This document shows positions 1-13,902 of a stretch of DNA of 64,000 nucleotides, piece by piece; position 1 is the stretch's first letter, and each line of letters starts with the position of its first letter. This DNA is from Phoronis australis. Lineage: Eukaryota; Animalia; Phoronida. The notes under the pieces are model-generated. The model was not told the DNA's origin. It saw only the letters and a program-made list of their open reading frames with translations, and did not search any database. The DNA lies in assembly GCA_002633005.1 (NCBI GenBank), contig NMRA01000594.1:194541-258540 (forward strand). Direction: 5' to 3'. The translations under genes and the position numbers were made by a program.

Positions 1-3000
1 AACCCGTTTACCAATATGAAAAGGAATTCCTCAAAATTGTAGGAGAAATTACATATTTATTTTTGATGACCTTTCCACTAATTGACCTCTTCCGGTGCAT
101 TATGACAACGATGAGTGAGTAATTGTTAACTCGATTAAAAGTGTGGTTAATGCTAATAATCACAGATGTTTTACTTTAAGCACTTCAGAATACAAGATGA
201 ATGAAGTCGTCAAACTTTCAGAAGAAAAATGCACCTAATGACCCCATGGATGCACCAGATGACCTGAAAATTTAGAATTCAAACTCAATCGCACTTAGTA
301 AACAGATACGTAATTCTGAAGTCTCTAACTCAAAATTTTAGTTTGCACTCAATGATCTTGACCTATTTTTTCTGATTGGTTAGGCCTATTGCAAAGTAAA
401 GTAGGGTATTTACTTGGCATGTTGACTTACACCAGTGTGCTGAAATTGAAAAGAATTCCTTGAAAAACTAAAGAGATATAACATTTTGAACGTTACATGA
501 CCTTTGCACTAATTGACGTCATCCGGTGCATTTTAAGCATCTTTAGGAGAGTTATTGTAAAGCCCATGGAAAATGTGTTAAACGCAGAGAATCACAGTTG
601 TCTAACGGTTGACACATCAGAATACTTGCTGATTGAAAAGGTTAAATTTTAAGAAGAAAAATGCACCTAATGACCCCATGTTTGCACTAAATGACCTGAA
701 ACTTTGGATTCCGATTTGATTTACCTGTGGCAATCAGACTTGTCAATTTGAAGTGTCTAGCTCAAAATTTTAGTTTGCACCTAAAAACCTTTGACCTATT
801 TCACCTGATTGGATGACCCGATTACTTAGAAAAGTAATTGTTTAAATTGTCATGTTCACCTTTACCAGTGCACCGAATTTGAAAAAGATAGCTTTAAAAC
901 TGAAGGGGGAGTAGGATTTTGAAAATTATTTGACCTTTGCATCAAACGACCTCTTCCGGTGCAATATGAAATATGATTATATAACCAATCAAAATTTATA
1001 TACTTTCAAAAGTCATATGCTGAATTTAAAGTCGTACCTGCACCCAATTTGGAGTTATTAAGTCTCAAAGTTGGTCGGAAGAAGAATAAGAAGAAGAATA
1101 AGAAGAATAAGAATAAAATTGAAGAAAACCCAGGAACAACAGTACTCTGCGCTTACACGCGCAGAGAAACAAGAAAGATTATTGTCACGGCGTGGCAATA
1201 ACGGACCCTGCGCGTGCGTATTACTGGAATTGTTATGGGAAGTTACTGACAGCAACTCGTTTACCAATATGAAAAAGGAATTCTTTAAAATTGTAGGAGA
1301 TATTACATATTAATTTTTTGATGACCTTTCCACTAATTGACCTCTTCCGGTGCATTATGAATTTAAAGACCGTACCTGCACCCATTTTGGAGTTATTAAG
1401 TGTCATAATTGTTCGCAAGAAGAGTAAAAAGAATAAGTATAAAATTGAAGAAAACCCAGGAACAACAGTACTCTGCGCTGCCACGCACGTAATAAGAAGA
1501 ATAAGAACTAGAAAGATTATTGTCACGGCGTGACAATAACAGACTCTACGCGTGCCTATTACTGGAATTATTATGGGAAGTTACTGACAGCAACCCGTTT
1601 ACCAATATGAAAAGGAATTCCTCAAAATTGTCGGAGAAATTACATATTCATTTTTTGATGACCTTTCCACTAATTGACCTCTTCCGGTGCATTATGAGCC
1701 CCGATGAGGGTGTACATGTAATTGTTAACTCGATAAAAAGTGTGGTTAATGCTAATAGTCACAGATGTTTTACTTTAAGCATTTCAGAATACAAGATGAA
1801 TGAAATGGTCAAACTTTCAGAAGGAAAATGCACCTAATGACCCCATGGGTGCACCAAATGACCTGAAACTTTAGAATTCAAACTCGATCACACTTAGTAA
1901 ACAGATACGTAATTCGGAAGTCTCTAGCTCAAAATTTTAGTTTGCACTCAGTGACCTCTGACCTATTTTTTCTGCTTGGTTAAGCCTATTGCGAAGTAAG
2001 GTAGGGTATTCAATTGGCATGTTGACTTACACCAGTGTGCTGAAATTGAAAAGAATTCCTTGAAAAACGTAAGAGATATAACATTTTGAACGTTACATGA
2101 CTTTTGCACTAGGTAGCCTTATCCGGTGACTTTTAAGCATATTTACGAGAATTATTGCAAAGCCCATGGAAAACGTGTTTAACGCTGAGAATCACAATTG
2201 GCTAATGGTTGACACATCAGAATACTTGCTGATTGAAAAAGTCAAATTTTCAAAAGAAAAATGCACCTAATTACCCCATGTTTGCACTAAATGACCTGAA
2301 ACTTTGGATTCCGATTTGATTTACCTGTGGCAATCAGACCTGTCAATATGAAGTGTCTAGCTCAAAGTTTTAGTTTGCACCTAATGACCTTTGACCTATT
2401 TCACCTGATTGGATAACCCGATTCCTTAGAAAAGTAATTTTTTAAATTGTCATGTTGACTTACACCTGTGCATCGAGTTTGAAAAAGATCGCTTTAAAAC
2501 TGAGGGAGGAGTAGCATTTTGAAAATTATATGACCTTTGCACCAAACGCCCTCCTCCGGTACAATATGGAATATGATTATATAACAAATCAACATTTATT
2601 TACTGTCAAAAGTCATATGCTGAATTTAAAGACCGTACCTGCACCCAATTTGGAGTTATTAAGCCTCAAAAATGGTCGGAAGAAGAATAAGAAGAATAAG
2701 AACAAGAACTAGAAAGATTATTGTCACGGCGTGACAATAACGGACTCTGCGCGTGCGTATTACTGGAATTATCATGGGAAGTTACTGACAGCAACCCGTT
2801 TACCAATATGAAAAGGAAGTATTTAAAATTTTTGGAGAAATTACATATTAATTTTTTGATGACCTTTCCACTAATTGACCTCTTCCGGTGCATTATGAGC
2901 TCCGATGAGGGAGTAATTGTTAACTCGATTAAAATTGTGGTTAATGCTAATAATCACAGATGTTTTACTTTTAGCACTTCAGACTACAAGATGAATGAAG

Positions 3001-5097
3001 TGGTCAAATTTTCAGAAGAAAAATGCATCTAATGACCCCATGAGTGCACCAAATGACCTGAAAATTTAGAATTCAAACTCAATCGCACTTAGTAAACAGA
3101 TACGTAATTGTGAAGTCTCTAGCTCAAAGTTTTAGTTTGCACTCAATGACCTTTGACCTATTTATTCTGATTGGTTAGGCCTATTGCAAAGTAAAGTAGG
3201 GTATTTAATTGGCATGTTGACTTACACCAGTGTGCTGAAATTGAAAAGAATTCCTTGAAAAACGTAAGAGATATAACGTTTTGAACGTTATATGACCTTT
3301 GCACTAATTGACCCTATCCGGTGCATTATAAGCGTCTTTAGGAGCATTATTGCAAATCCCATCAAAAATGTGTTTAATGCTGAGAAATCACAGTTGCCTA
3401 ACGGTTGACACATCTGAATACTTGCTGATTGAATAGGTCAAATTTTCAGAAGAAAAATGCACCTAATGACCCCATGTTTGCACTAAATGACCTGAAACTT
3501 TGGATTCCGATTTGGTTTATCTGTGGCAATCAGACCTGCCAATTTGAAGTGTCTGGCTTAAAATTTTAGTTTGCACCTAATGACCTTTGACCTATTTCAC
3601 CTGATTGGATGACCCGATTACTTAGAAAAGTATTTTTTTAAATTGTTATGTTGACTTACACCAGTGTGCTGAAATTGAAAAGAATTCCTTGAAAAACCTA
3701 AGAGATATAACTTTTTGAACGTTAACTGACCTTTGCACTAATTGACCCTATCCGTGCATTATAAGCGTCTTAAGGAGAATTATTGCAAAGCCCATGGAAA
3801 ATGTGTGTAATGCTGAGAATCACAGTTGTCTAACGGTTGACACATCAGTGTACTTGGAGAATAAAAAGGTCAAATTTTCAGAAGAAAAATGCACCTTATG
3901 ACCCCATGTTTTCACTAAATGACCTGAAACTTTGGATTCCAAATTGAATTATCTGTGCCAATCAGAACTGTGAATTTGAAGTGTCTACCTCAAAATTTTA
4001 GTTTGCACCTATTGACCTTTGACCTGTTTAACCTGACTGGATGACCCAATTGCTTAGAAAAGTAAGTTTTTAAATTGTCATGTTGACTTATACCTGTGCG
4101 CTGAAATTGAAAAGAATTCTTTGAAAAACGTAAGAGACATAACATTTTGAACGTTACATGACCTTTGCACTAATTGACCTTATCCGGTGCATTTTAAGCA
4201 TCTTTTGGAGAATTATTGCAAAGCCCATGGAAAATGTGTTTAACGCTGAGAATCACAGTTGCCTAACGGTTGACACATCTGAATACTTGCTGATTGAATA
4301 GGTCAAATTTTCAGAAGAAAAATTCACCTAATGACCCCATGTTTGCACTAAATGACCTGAAACTTTGGATTCCGGTTTGATTTACCTGTGGCAATCAGAC
4401 ATGTTTATTTGAAGTGTCTAGTTCAAAATTTTAGTTTGCACCTAATGACCTTTGACCTGTTTCACCTGATTGGATGTCCCGATTACTTAGAAAAGTAATT
4501 TTTCAAATTGTCATGTTGACCTTTGCCTGTGCACCGAATTTGAAAAAGATAGCTTTAAAACTGAAGGAGGAGTAGCATTTTGAAAATTATATGACCTTTG
4601 CACCAAATGACCCCTTCCGGTGCAATATGGAATATGATTATATAATCAATCAAAATTTATATACTATCAAATGTCGTATGCTGAATTTAAAGACCGTGCC
4701 TGCACCCAATTTGGAGTTATTAAGCCTCAAAGTTGGTCGGAAGAAGAATGAGAAGAATAAGAATCAGAATAGGAATATGAAGAATAAGAATAAGAATAAA
4801 ATTGAAGAAAACCCAGGAACAACAGTACTCTGCGCTTACACGCGCAGAGTAATAAGAATAAGAATAAGCATAAGAATAAAATTGAAGAAAACCCGGGAAC
4901 AACAGTAATCTGCGCTTACACGCGCAGAGTAATAAGAATAAAATTGAAGAAAACCTAGGAACAACAGTACTCTGCGCTTACACGCGCAGAGTAATAAGAA
5001 GAATAAAATTGAAGAAAACCCAGGAACAACAGTACTCTGCGCTTACACGAGCAGAGTAAAAAGAATAGAATTGAAGAAAACCCAGGAACAACAGTAC
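1..5097 (-). mobile_element. Helentron-associated non-autonomous element (HINE/DINE-1-like) concatemer with ~433-bp tandem monomers; runs off the window start
   Basis: tgacctttgacct recurs at 3147, 3581, 4013, 4446; (AAGAAT)n microsatellite; hairpin tactctgcgc-ttacac-gcgcagagta repeated at 4800-5097; palindrome ttattgtcacg-g-cgtgacaataa next to ctag at 1508-1539 and about 2709-2740. Confidence 0.8.
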
Positions 5098-6606
5098 ACA
5101 GATAAGTCAGTTACAGGGGAGTAACAGAGGATTCCTTTCCTCCATTTAGATCTATCAGGTCATCTGTGAATACGTTCAACTATAATCTTGCTAAGTCCAT
5201 TTGTACTACTCAAACCACATACACATGGAGATTACAGAGCAGGTGATACATTCTCGTTTGTTCCTGAAGTTTGAAGTCAAGTTCTCATTAATCGGTTCTT
5301 GGCTTCTAGTGATAATGCGAGTTTGTTTACTAACCTACCGGCTATGGACGAATGTATATCTTGGCTACTGGCTGTATCATTATAAACGGACCTAGCATAA
5401 AAATCACATTATATGAATTGATGGAGCTATTTATTTGCCATCAGCAAAACCCATTTTATATTCAATGGTACACCTGTATAGCAATGAGTTCACTTTTGGC
5501 TCCCATATTACTCGGCATGTGTTTAGGTCACCATGAGAAAACATGGATTGAGACATACGCTGGTCCTCATGTCTATTTCTATTGACGATATGTTGACGTT
5601 GCGTTTTGTATTTCAAAGTCAGCAGGCAGCCCAGGAATTGTTGTATAGTTAAACTCGAGGCATCCTTACTTGAAATTCAGTATGGAAATAGAGGTTGAGA
5701 ACATAATTGCCATTTTTGGACGTGTTATTTGAATGTGAAGGTACCTCGCAGGGTTTTACACTTGTTTTCATAGCTTGACATCTTTTGTTTATATGGCGGG
5801 TCGCAGTAAAACTCTAATAGACACTGTGTATCGCATTCACAACAATCGGGCTAGATTTCATTCTGATGTTAAAGAACTTACATCAAATTTGCAAAAGAAT
5901 AGCTATCCCCTTAAACAAGTCAATAGTTTGCAGATATCAAAACTGCAACGTAACGCTGGTGATATTCGTGATATTCGTCCTGTAGTCAAAACTAACTACA
6001 GGTTTGTCAAAATACCCTATGTTAGTTGTTAAGCCAAGATTGCTCACCGAAAACTCAAGAAACTGGTGAATTATTACTGTGTTAAATTAAAATTTGTATT
6101 AACATTCAAGTCTCTAAAACTGTCTAATTTATTTAATCCCAAGGACAACATTCTTATAGTCAGGTCTACAGTCTAAGGTAGTGTACACATATATTTCTGT
6201 TCTGGACGAGGCTCCAGTTATATAGGCGAAATTCTTTGCCACTTGAAAACCTGTACCAGAGAACATCTAAATTCTCACTGAAGTTCACATTTTTTATTTT
6301 CATCTGCAGCGCTCCAGTCGTTTGTTACGAGCAATGCTCTTTCAATGACTTTTTTGTAATAAACCAAACAGAAACAGCAGACGAGATGAAAATTCGTGAG
6401 GCTCAGTCTATACATAAATTGGTGCAAGCCCAGACTCAATAGGCAACTGGCACACCACAGGTTGTCATTGTTAGTATAGTCCACTGTTACTCCACTGTAA
6501 CTGACTGTGTCTGTGTACCAGTACTTGTTGTTGGGTCTTGCAAGGTGGACACTGTTTTTTTTTTCTTCTGAGGATGTTGTTTTAATAAACGCCGAAACAT
6601 GTGAAG
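5094..6606 (+). mobile_element. Degenerate 5'-truncated Penelope-like retroelement (RT + GIY-YIG endonuclease)
   Basis: Frameshifted motifs ASLFTNLP, FYIQ..IAMSSLLAPIL, FY*RYVD, LIDTVYRIHNN..LQKNSYP and VVYTYFCSGRGSSYIGE..HLKT.TREHL; inverted copy of 3' sequence at the 5' end; hammerhead-like motif at the 3' end. Confidence 0.85.
6565..6606 (+). ncRNA. Minimal hammerhead ribozyme-like motif, probably inactivated
   Basis: ctt-CTGAGGA-(weak helix II)-GAAA-catgt-g-aag; CUGANGA and GAAA cores, palindromic ACATGT helix III; cleavage triplet reads GUG instead of NUH. Confidence 0.55.
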
Positions 6607-6964
6607 CCGGTTTAAATCCATCGTTGTTTTATTAGCATTAGTACCTTATGTTGTAAGTTGCTCCTCGACGACAATTTGCACACTGTATACTTTATGATGG
6701 GAATACTTACTGATACCCCTTTGATTCGTAATTGAAATTTTACGACACATTCAGTCCTATACGAATTGCATTCCCCAGTGGATTTGGAAGTCCTCAAGAT
6801 ACCTTTAAAATCTAAATTTGGTCTAAATTACGTCGCATTATTTGTAAATCTTTGACAAACAGATGTGTGTGATAATGCGACAAACAGACGTACACAACAA
6901 TAACAAAAGTCTCCAAAGTTTATACAAAACAACGTTATTCCATTGCAAACAACAGATGTCTAAC

Positions 6965-7147
6965 CTTGAGTGGTGGAATACACGGTTAGCATATCCGCGT
7001 CAGGGGGTTTCATGGCATTGATACGAATGCGACTATCTCTGTCCATTTTAACTTCGGTAAACGCATCGTGGCTTCCGCTGTCTGGTTGGACTGCGATATT
7101 AACCGTAGATCCACGGCAAGCTTGAAAAATAAAAACCTTTGGGAATC
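6965..7147 (-). CDS. Caspase exon with catalytic Cys (QACRG), linker and start of p10
   Basis: ttttcag|GA TTC CCA AAG... translates (G)FPKVFIFQACRGSTVNIAVQPDSGSHDAFTEVKMDRDSRIRINAMKPPDADMLTVYSTTQ(G)|gttaga; 183 nt, phase 1 to 1; QACRG at 7110-7124. Confidence 0.95.
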
Positions 7148-10100
7148 CTGAAAAGGAAAAATGTTGAATTCAGACTTCTTTCCTCTGCTCGACCCAGCCG
7201 TCAGGTTATCGTTAACGGGTACGGTCTACACCTAGCGCCCCCCACGCAACGACACGAGTATGGATACAAGTATTCAACGCTCACTATCTTGAGAACACAG
7301 ATTTAACAAAACTGCTGGGAGACTGATACTTTGCTTAGTTTTGCAGAAGCATTAACTCGCATTTCCAATAATGAACACTCATGCATTGTCTTACAGATAA
7401 TGTACACTGTACGTGCTGCGTAAAACGATTTGCATATTGCCTTACATCAAACCCTAACTCACACTATAACGGTTTATAGGTACGGCAAGCTGGAATTAGA
7501 AATAGTTAGTAACCGTCGAAATCCGTAAGTGAAACCGGCCGCAAATTCATTCCACACGTGATAGGACCTCGAAACACCGCAGTTCGCTACAGAACACTAG
7601 CCTCGTCTCCACAGAATTACTATATAGGCTACCGAGGTGAACCGCTGCCATATGATAGTGACCTTAAAGGATATCAACACAATTTATTGTGCCTGAAACA
7701 CAGCCTTAAAAAGCCCCAGTGTTGAACTGGCGTTGTGTTCGCATCGGTTGATGGACCATTACCGTGTGGCTGTCATTAATGAAAGTTGCCATTTGCAGGA
7801 CCGTAGCCTAGGGGGTTGTTGGGGGGGGGGGTTCGACTGAACTCCCCGCGGAAAATGTCCAGCCCCGGCCTTTCCGTTAAAGATGGGATATAGATGGACA
7901 ACAAAATTGTTGCAGCTACTGGTACTACTAATTACCATGATAACTAAGTCAGTAATACTTATGAATTTACTTCACGTAATCATCGGGCCGTACCCGGATA
8001 AGTACTTCGCCCGAATGGTGCTTGATGATAGGATTGTGTAGATGATTAGAGAAGTTTCATCGACATTGAACGCGCGTGGTGGCTACATAAACAAAACGTA
8101 CCGAGAGTGGCGTACATGAAGTAATATACCAAAAGACATTATTCCGCGGTCTCTGTCGATACGCGAGATAAGGTCGAGTGGGGATATTACTTCATGTACG
8201 CCAGTCGAGGTACGTTTTGTTTTTATCCCATACGCATGGAATTCGTGAGTTGCTTTTGTTTTCTTTCGGCATTTTATAAATACTTCACCCTGACTGTTCA
8301 CTTGGCTAATCACAGCCTGTTTTGTATGGACGTGAGCATTATGTTGCTAACTTAATATACATGTAGTAAAAGAAAACAGTTTTAAATGTAACGGTTTATT
8401 ACTTGAACTTGATAAAAAGTGTGAAAACGACATATAAAGTGCACTGAACGTGTATCATATTTCGAAAATAAATAAATAACAAGAATGTTTATAACATTGT
8501 AAAATCCTCATCCGGTAGAGCTAAGCTCATTCATGAAACTAGGTCATTGACCGGAGCGCGTAGCCTACACGTCGTCTGCTTTCACGAAGATGTTAAAAGT
8601 GCCACCGTTGATGACATCTCCGGCGAATAAGCCTGTTGTAGCGTTGTTGCAGGTACGTTGTCGCATTTCTACGGATTATGTAGCCTTGGTGTAAAGCTGT
8701 ATACTAAATATACGAGAGTGTGTTGATGCAGGTAGCTGGCTGGCTACGGACTCTGTAGCATGGATAGGTTCACGTGTTGCTGGGACGACCGTCGTTGCTG
8801 CTCGTGTAATATACTGGGGAGCCCAATGTTCGTCCGCCTAAGCATAAAACCGACTTGCTGTTGTACTCACCGAATTATTCCACTTCAAAGTTATGATCTG
8901 AATAGGATTCGATTTAACTCTCACAGATATACCGCATTCATCGATTCGGAAGTTTTCTTTAATTTGTGCCGAGTTATTTCAAATGTGCACTGCCTTCGGC
9001 AGCCATTTTATTGTGACACCTAAGTTCGTCATATGCTGCCCCCTTTTGTAAAAACTGAGAAACATGCAGAAAAAGGCCAACGAAGTAATGAAAATTGCAA
9101 CAGCCTGTTTTTATTGACATAAACTCGATTTGAAGTTTTGATGTTGAGCTCTGCACTGTGGTTTCCAATAAAAGCCAATTGGTCAACATTTCAATGCAGT
9201 TTAATGGTGAACGTGAGGCAAAAATGTTAAGAACCCAGCGTATCGCATTTGTCTGCGGATTTTTCCTTTGGCCTTCTAGATCCTACTAGTGCCTGGGACA
9301 AACAGATACATTGCATAAACAAACCCTGGATCATGTTTTGTGTCCCGTCGGAAGAAAATTTAAATTCGAAAACATCTTCTGAAAACGCACAAAAAAGTGT
9401 ATTAGTAAAATCTACTGATTTTTAAGTGGTTTTAAAAAACAATCGGTAAACTCACCGATTTTTGTCTCATTACTTTGATACGTGTCTCTTCCGATAAGTT
9501 AGTACCTAACGTGCAGACGAGAACTCCAAATTGGAACGCTAAGTCCCGCGTGGTTGCGCTGCACGCGAAACAAGATGGCGAACGAACTTTGGAGCCTGAC
9601 GGAAATAGGTAACCGGACGATACTGTCGCCGATAGTATCGGGTGCTGTCATCGCCAGTGACAACAAAGTTTAATATTGGCGAGGAATCGGTGCCTGAGTT
9701 GCAGACGATATATTTTAGCAATTGAAAACTGAGACAGAACTGTAATATAATTAACAGCTGAGTCCTGTTTCAGAAGTTACGATTGCATGTTGAATGGTAT
9801 TTACACTGCTACAATTGTATTACTTTAAGCGAGAGAGCTGCAAAAATGTAGTGCGGTGTGAATGCCGTAAAATTGATCAAGAAACAAAATAGCTGAAAGT
9901 AAGTTTGTTATCTGCTATTTTGATATTGCAGAATACGGTATAAGTGTAGACAATTTCTATTTTCCACTTTGGTTGTGGAATGGGAGATGCCATGCATGTG
10001 TGTACACGTGTGTGCGTTTCCCTTTCTTTTAAATCCAGTACATGCCAATAATAATTAAGTTCAACCTAATAGGCAGTCCTCAGTCTTCGCTCAAAATTAT

Positions 10101-10823
10101 ACATTTAACCAAGGAGATAAGTACAATACACTCCTTGATTCAATTATATGGGTGGCGCACCATGGGGTTGGGGGGTATAGCTCCCACTTTTTTCACTGCG
10201 GCACCGCCCATGAACTACCGTATTTTCTTGCACTAAGAAAACCCCGACGAGCATGTTCATTTTATTAGGGAAAAGTAGGTCTAGACTTATCAAAAACTTT
10301 GTGTCGCAGTATGTGTACTTGTGCTTTTGCTTCATTTAGTTTAGTCATCGTATTTCGTAACTTTCTATTGTTGTTAATCGCCACTTTCTTAGAGCAGAAA
10401 ATGAGTAATACTTCCTATTCCTAGAACTGTTTGTTCGTGAGCACAGAGCATCCTTTGCTTGTTCATCGTATTTGATTGGTTAATTCGTGTCTCTCTAGTC
10501 TCTATATACATGTACAATGTATATAACTTTCATTTGTATTTCGAGTAGTAGCTTCAGCATGAGTTGATTAGTAGGTGTTTCTCCCCATTGAGATCTGTTC
10601 CTACTCATGTAACGTTTGCAGTCTTCAATATACTCGTCAAGACTCATCTCTTGTTCTGTTCCAACGAACCACCTCGTACACCGTTGAACCGCATTTTTCC
10701 GTGTACCTCACGCTTTGGTCAAAGGAGAAAGTCTCTTCTTGTCAACCAATATCAATGGCGCACAGCCTCGCAGGCGTCATACGATCAGTAAACGTGATGG
10801 AAAAGATTCCCAAGGTTTCATGT

Positions 10824-11320
10824 CACTATTCCGAAGGTTCACTACTCCATGCTATTGAGTCGGAACTTACATGAGAAAAGTATTGTCCATTTAGTAACTA
10901 CTTGAAGTGTGCAAAAGTTGGATTAGTTCTTAAATCATTGATTACATTGTTTACAAATGAGCTCAGTTCCAACCACTGCCAATCGTGAATCTTGATTCTA
11001 ACTAACGACTCATTTAGTCTTAACCATGAACAACATCGGGTCAGGATTTTGATGTATTATGGTTGATAATTCATCATATTCCTACTTCCTATTCTCTCAA
11101 AAACTCAAGTACGTACTCATTTTCCTTATTCGAAAGACAAGCGGGCAATTTCACAAGCGCTTGAAGTCCGCGCGTTGTTTGTGCATCTAATAACCGAAGT
11201 GCCGCTTATTGAAGGTAAAAGTATATTTGATACACCGAAATTTTAGATATTTTCGGAGTAGTGAACCTTCGGAATAGTAAACCTTCAGAGCAGTGAACCT
11301 TTGGAACACTGGGCTGTTCC
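10824..11320. mobile_element. MITE remnant with 16-bp subterminal repeats in inverted orientation
   Basis: cactattccgaaggttcactactcc near 10825 is the reverse complement of the (ggartagtgaaccttc)n array at 11255-11310. Confidence 0.45.
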
Positions 11321-13814
11321 CATTTCCAGAGATGTAAGCAAGTTAAGTAACACGCAAAATACAACCAGATTAAATATTCAAGTCGATCATTCTCCGATTA
11401 AATTGTTCCGTCCGAGTATGTAATGAGGTATAATTACCCATTTAAGCAGGTCCGGTTTCAAAGTTTGGCAGGGCCGGGGTAACGTTCTCTTACTGGAGCA
11501 CATTACATCTGAATTTGGGTCGCATGCTTTGTGAGCAACCGTCATTTCTGTTATTACGAATTCCGAGTGATCTTGGGAACATAGAGATAAGACTCGTCAA
11601 TGTGTTTATAGATTTCCCTCCCACCTAGTTAAGCTGCGTCAAGGGCCTTACCGAAAACTATAGAGTGTCGACGATTGCAAGATATCAAATGTCCACCGTA
11701 CTAGATATTCGAACCACGCCTCGCGCAATGCTGGCTACGGGACTGTTTTGATTGTGATTAGCTGACGTCAGATGTTGACTATCAATGACCTGGGTATAGT
11801 CCAATAACAGTATCGTGGTGACAAAAATTTAGCTCCAATCACGTTGTCTAATTAAGGTTTTCTGCAGTGAAGATACACAATTTCTGAGAAAAATATCAGG
11901 GATTATAGATATATGTTCGATACTAATTTGCCATTATTATTATTACTTTAAGGTGAAAATTACATTGCACATTCATAGCAAAATAACTCCTCTGTTGATT
12001 TTCATGTACCTTTTTTAAATGAAAATTTCCCGTTACCTCAGGGTGTAAAGAAATTTCGATTAACCTTTTCGTATGATTGCTAGTACAAATCAACTTACAA
12101 AACGCATTCGTCTTTGTTACATTGTGCAAGAGCCGTTTTCGAGAACACGTGTTCCTAAGTTCATATTAAGTGGATTTGCCGAAGTCAATAAAAAGCAGAT
12201 TAAATTGGGAGGAGTGAAAATCTCCGTCGTCCATTAATTATACGGTGAAAACTTATTTTCGTTCAATATAACTTATACATACCTAAAGCATGTTAGCTAT
12301 ATCAACATTCACACCCAATGACAACTGAATTTGCAGTGCGTTATTAACTTAATTATCATTAAAAATACGTTCCTTGGCTACGAGGTAAGACCAATTGTTA
12401 CTGTTATTTGACCCTTAAAAGTATGACATAATTCATTGTTATTAACAGTCTGTACACATCACCTGCCTGGAGACTGACCGAGTAAGAAAAGGATAATAAC
12501 ATTGGTAAAACATGTCGTTAGAGATCGAAACATCGAAATCTCAATTTATTAACTGAATTAAGGAATTTGGGTGAGGCTTTATCTCCTTTCACAACTTGCT
12601 GTGTTAATGGCCACAGAGGCATAGAGCGACTTGTGGCATACAATCTCAATGTCGTATGCGTGTACGCGCTCAATTCCCATAGTATCAAAACTACGTTTTG
12701 TCTTTGTTTTCCTCGACACCATTCTATCATAAGTACACCTCGTTGACTCGATTACAGCAACTCTGTGAATGAAAGAATTTAGGATACCTACGAAGCTGCA
12801 ACTGTACCTTGCGGAGATTCGATTTGAGTAACCTCCCTGTAATCATGCGGTTGCGCGGTTCCAATGTGGTTCTGCTAATTTTCTTTCTCGCTACACTGTA
12901 TATATTTTGTTGAAGTTTCCCGAGAACGGATATAAGATATTTTGCAAGACACGTGTGAAATATAGTAAAATGGCAACTATTTGCGAATAAGGTTGAGATA
13001 TCCTGAAAACTGCTCGGCGTATCTTCCAGAGTATCGCGAGATCTTACTTTTGTACATGTAGATGTACACTAGCGATACTGAGCACTCGTTCGCCCCTTGG
13101 ATCGCTAAGGGCGTGGGAAAATATTGGTGGCCATCCCAGTTTTCGTGTATTACCTTGATGTATCCTTAGTTTGTCGCAGGTTATAGTTGTCGAATATAGC
13201 GGAGAGTTCAGTAACGTTAGAGACTCACTGAAATCTAGCCAATATCACGTATTTTCATTTAAATTATATGGCAATGTGTTACAAAATCTCAAAAGTCTTG
13301 CTTTTTAGCGAGGTCGTGGTGTTATTGAACTATACGGAGATGCAATTAACTACCGATATTCAAAACCTTAAAAAACGCATATTTTACATGTTTGTTATAT
13401 TTTGCAGGAGACTATTTAAACATTATGTATTTGATGTTCGGATTTCATTTTTGTCAAACGAAATTATTGAACTAAGTGCTAGACAAACTGTAGCATTTGG
13501 AATTGGTGCATGTAGCAACCCACTTTGTCCTTCAACATGATTTCGAATTTGGGAGGGATTGTCATTGAATGTTGACTCATACGTGAATGACGTTAACCAT
13601 CAAGAATTCTAACTGCCTGTTAGTATTGCAATTCAAACATCTCATAACATGTCATAATAGAGCGACTTAGTGTCTTCACTGGTTTCCAGTTGGGTGACTC
13701 AGAAAAGTATTTCATTGACCCAATTCTTCTGCTGATAACGTTATACCATATTGTCACCACTTTTACTTTTGAATGGGTTAAACACCACCTTAGCACAGGA
13801 AAGTAAACACTTAC

Positions 13815-13902
13815 CTATCATTTCCTTTAAGGAATGGCCATCGAAGCTACGAAGGATTTCATCCTGTGTGATGTGGTTCTGATCATACGTCAGTATTCCT
13901 TT
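13815..13902 (-). CDS. Caspase exon (p20, between catalytic His and Cys)
   Basis: ttttccag|KGILTYDQNHITQDEILRSFDGHSLKEMI(G)|gtaagt; 88 nt, phase 0 to 1, joins the flanking exons in frame. Confidence 0.92.

Noticed and set aside
1058-4908. Recurrent short ORFs (MTFPLIDLFRCIM, MSRRDNN etc.), also at 15.9-17.9 and 48.9-52.6 kb
   Set aside because: Translations of satellite monomers; frames and stops vary between copies
4790-5097. CRISPR-like repeat-spacer pattern
   Set aside because: Spacers are AAGAAT microsatellite, not unique; no cas genes; eukaryotic context; explained as HINE termini
6612-6803. Possible next caspase p10 exon
   Set aside because: Phase-1 reading GILRTSKSTGECNSY lacks the S.R...GS.FI motif and the acceptor is weak
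8083-8313. 76-aa ORF vaguely like a CMC/EnSpm-type transposase tail
   Set aside because: Too short, no diagnostic motif
10148-10212. Short GC-rich TIR-like remnants (also 7798-7850, 28695-28770, 29255-29303)
   Set aside because: Probably MITE ends, but no TSD or partner end could be fixed
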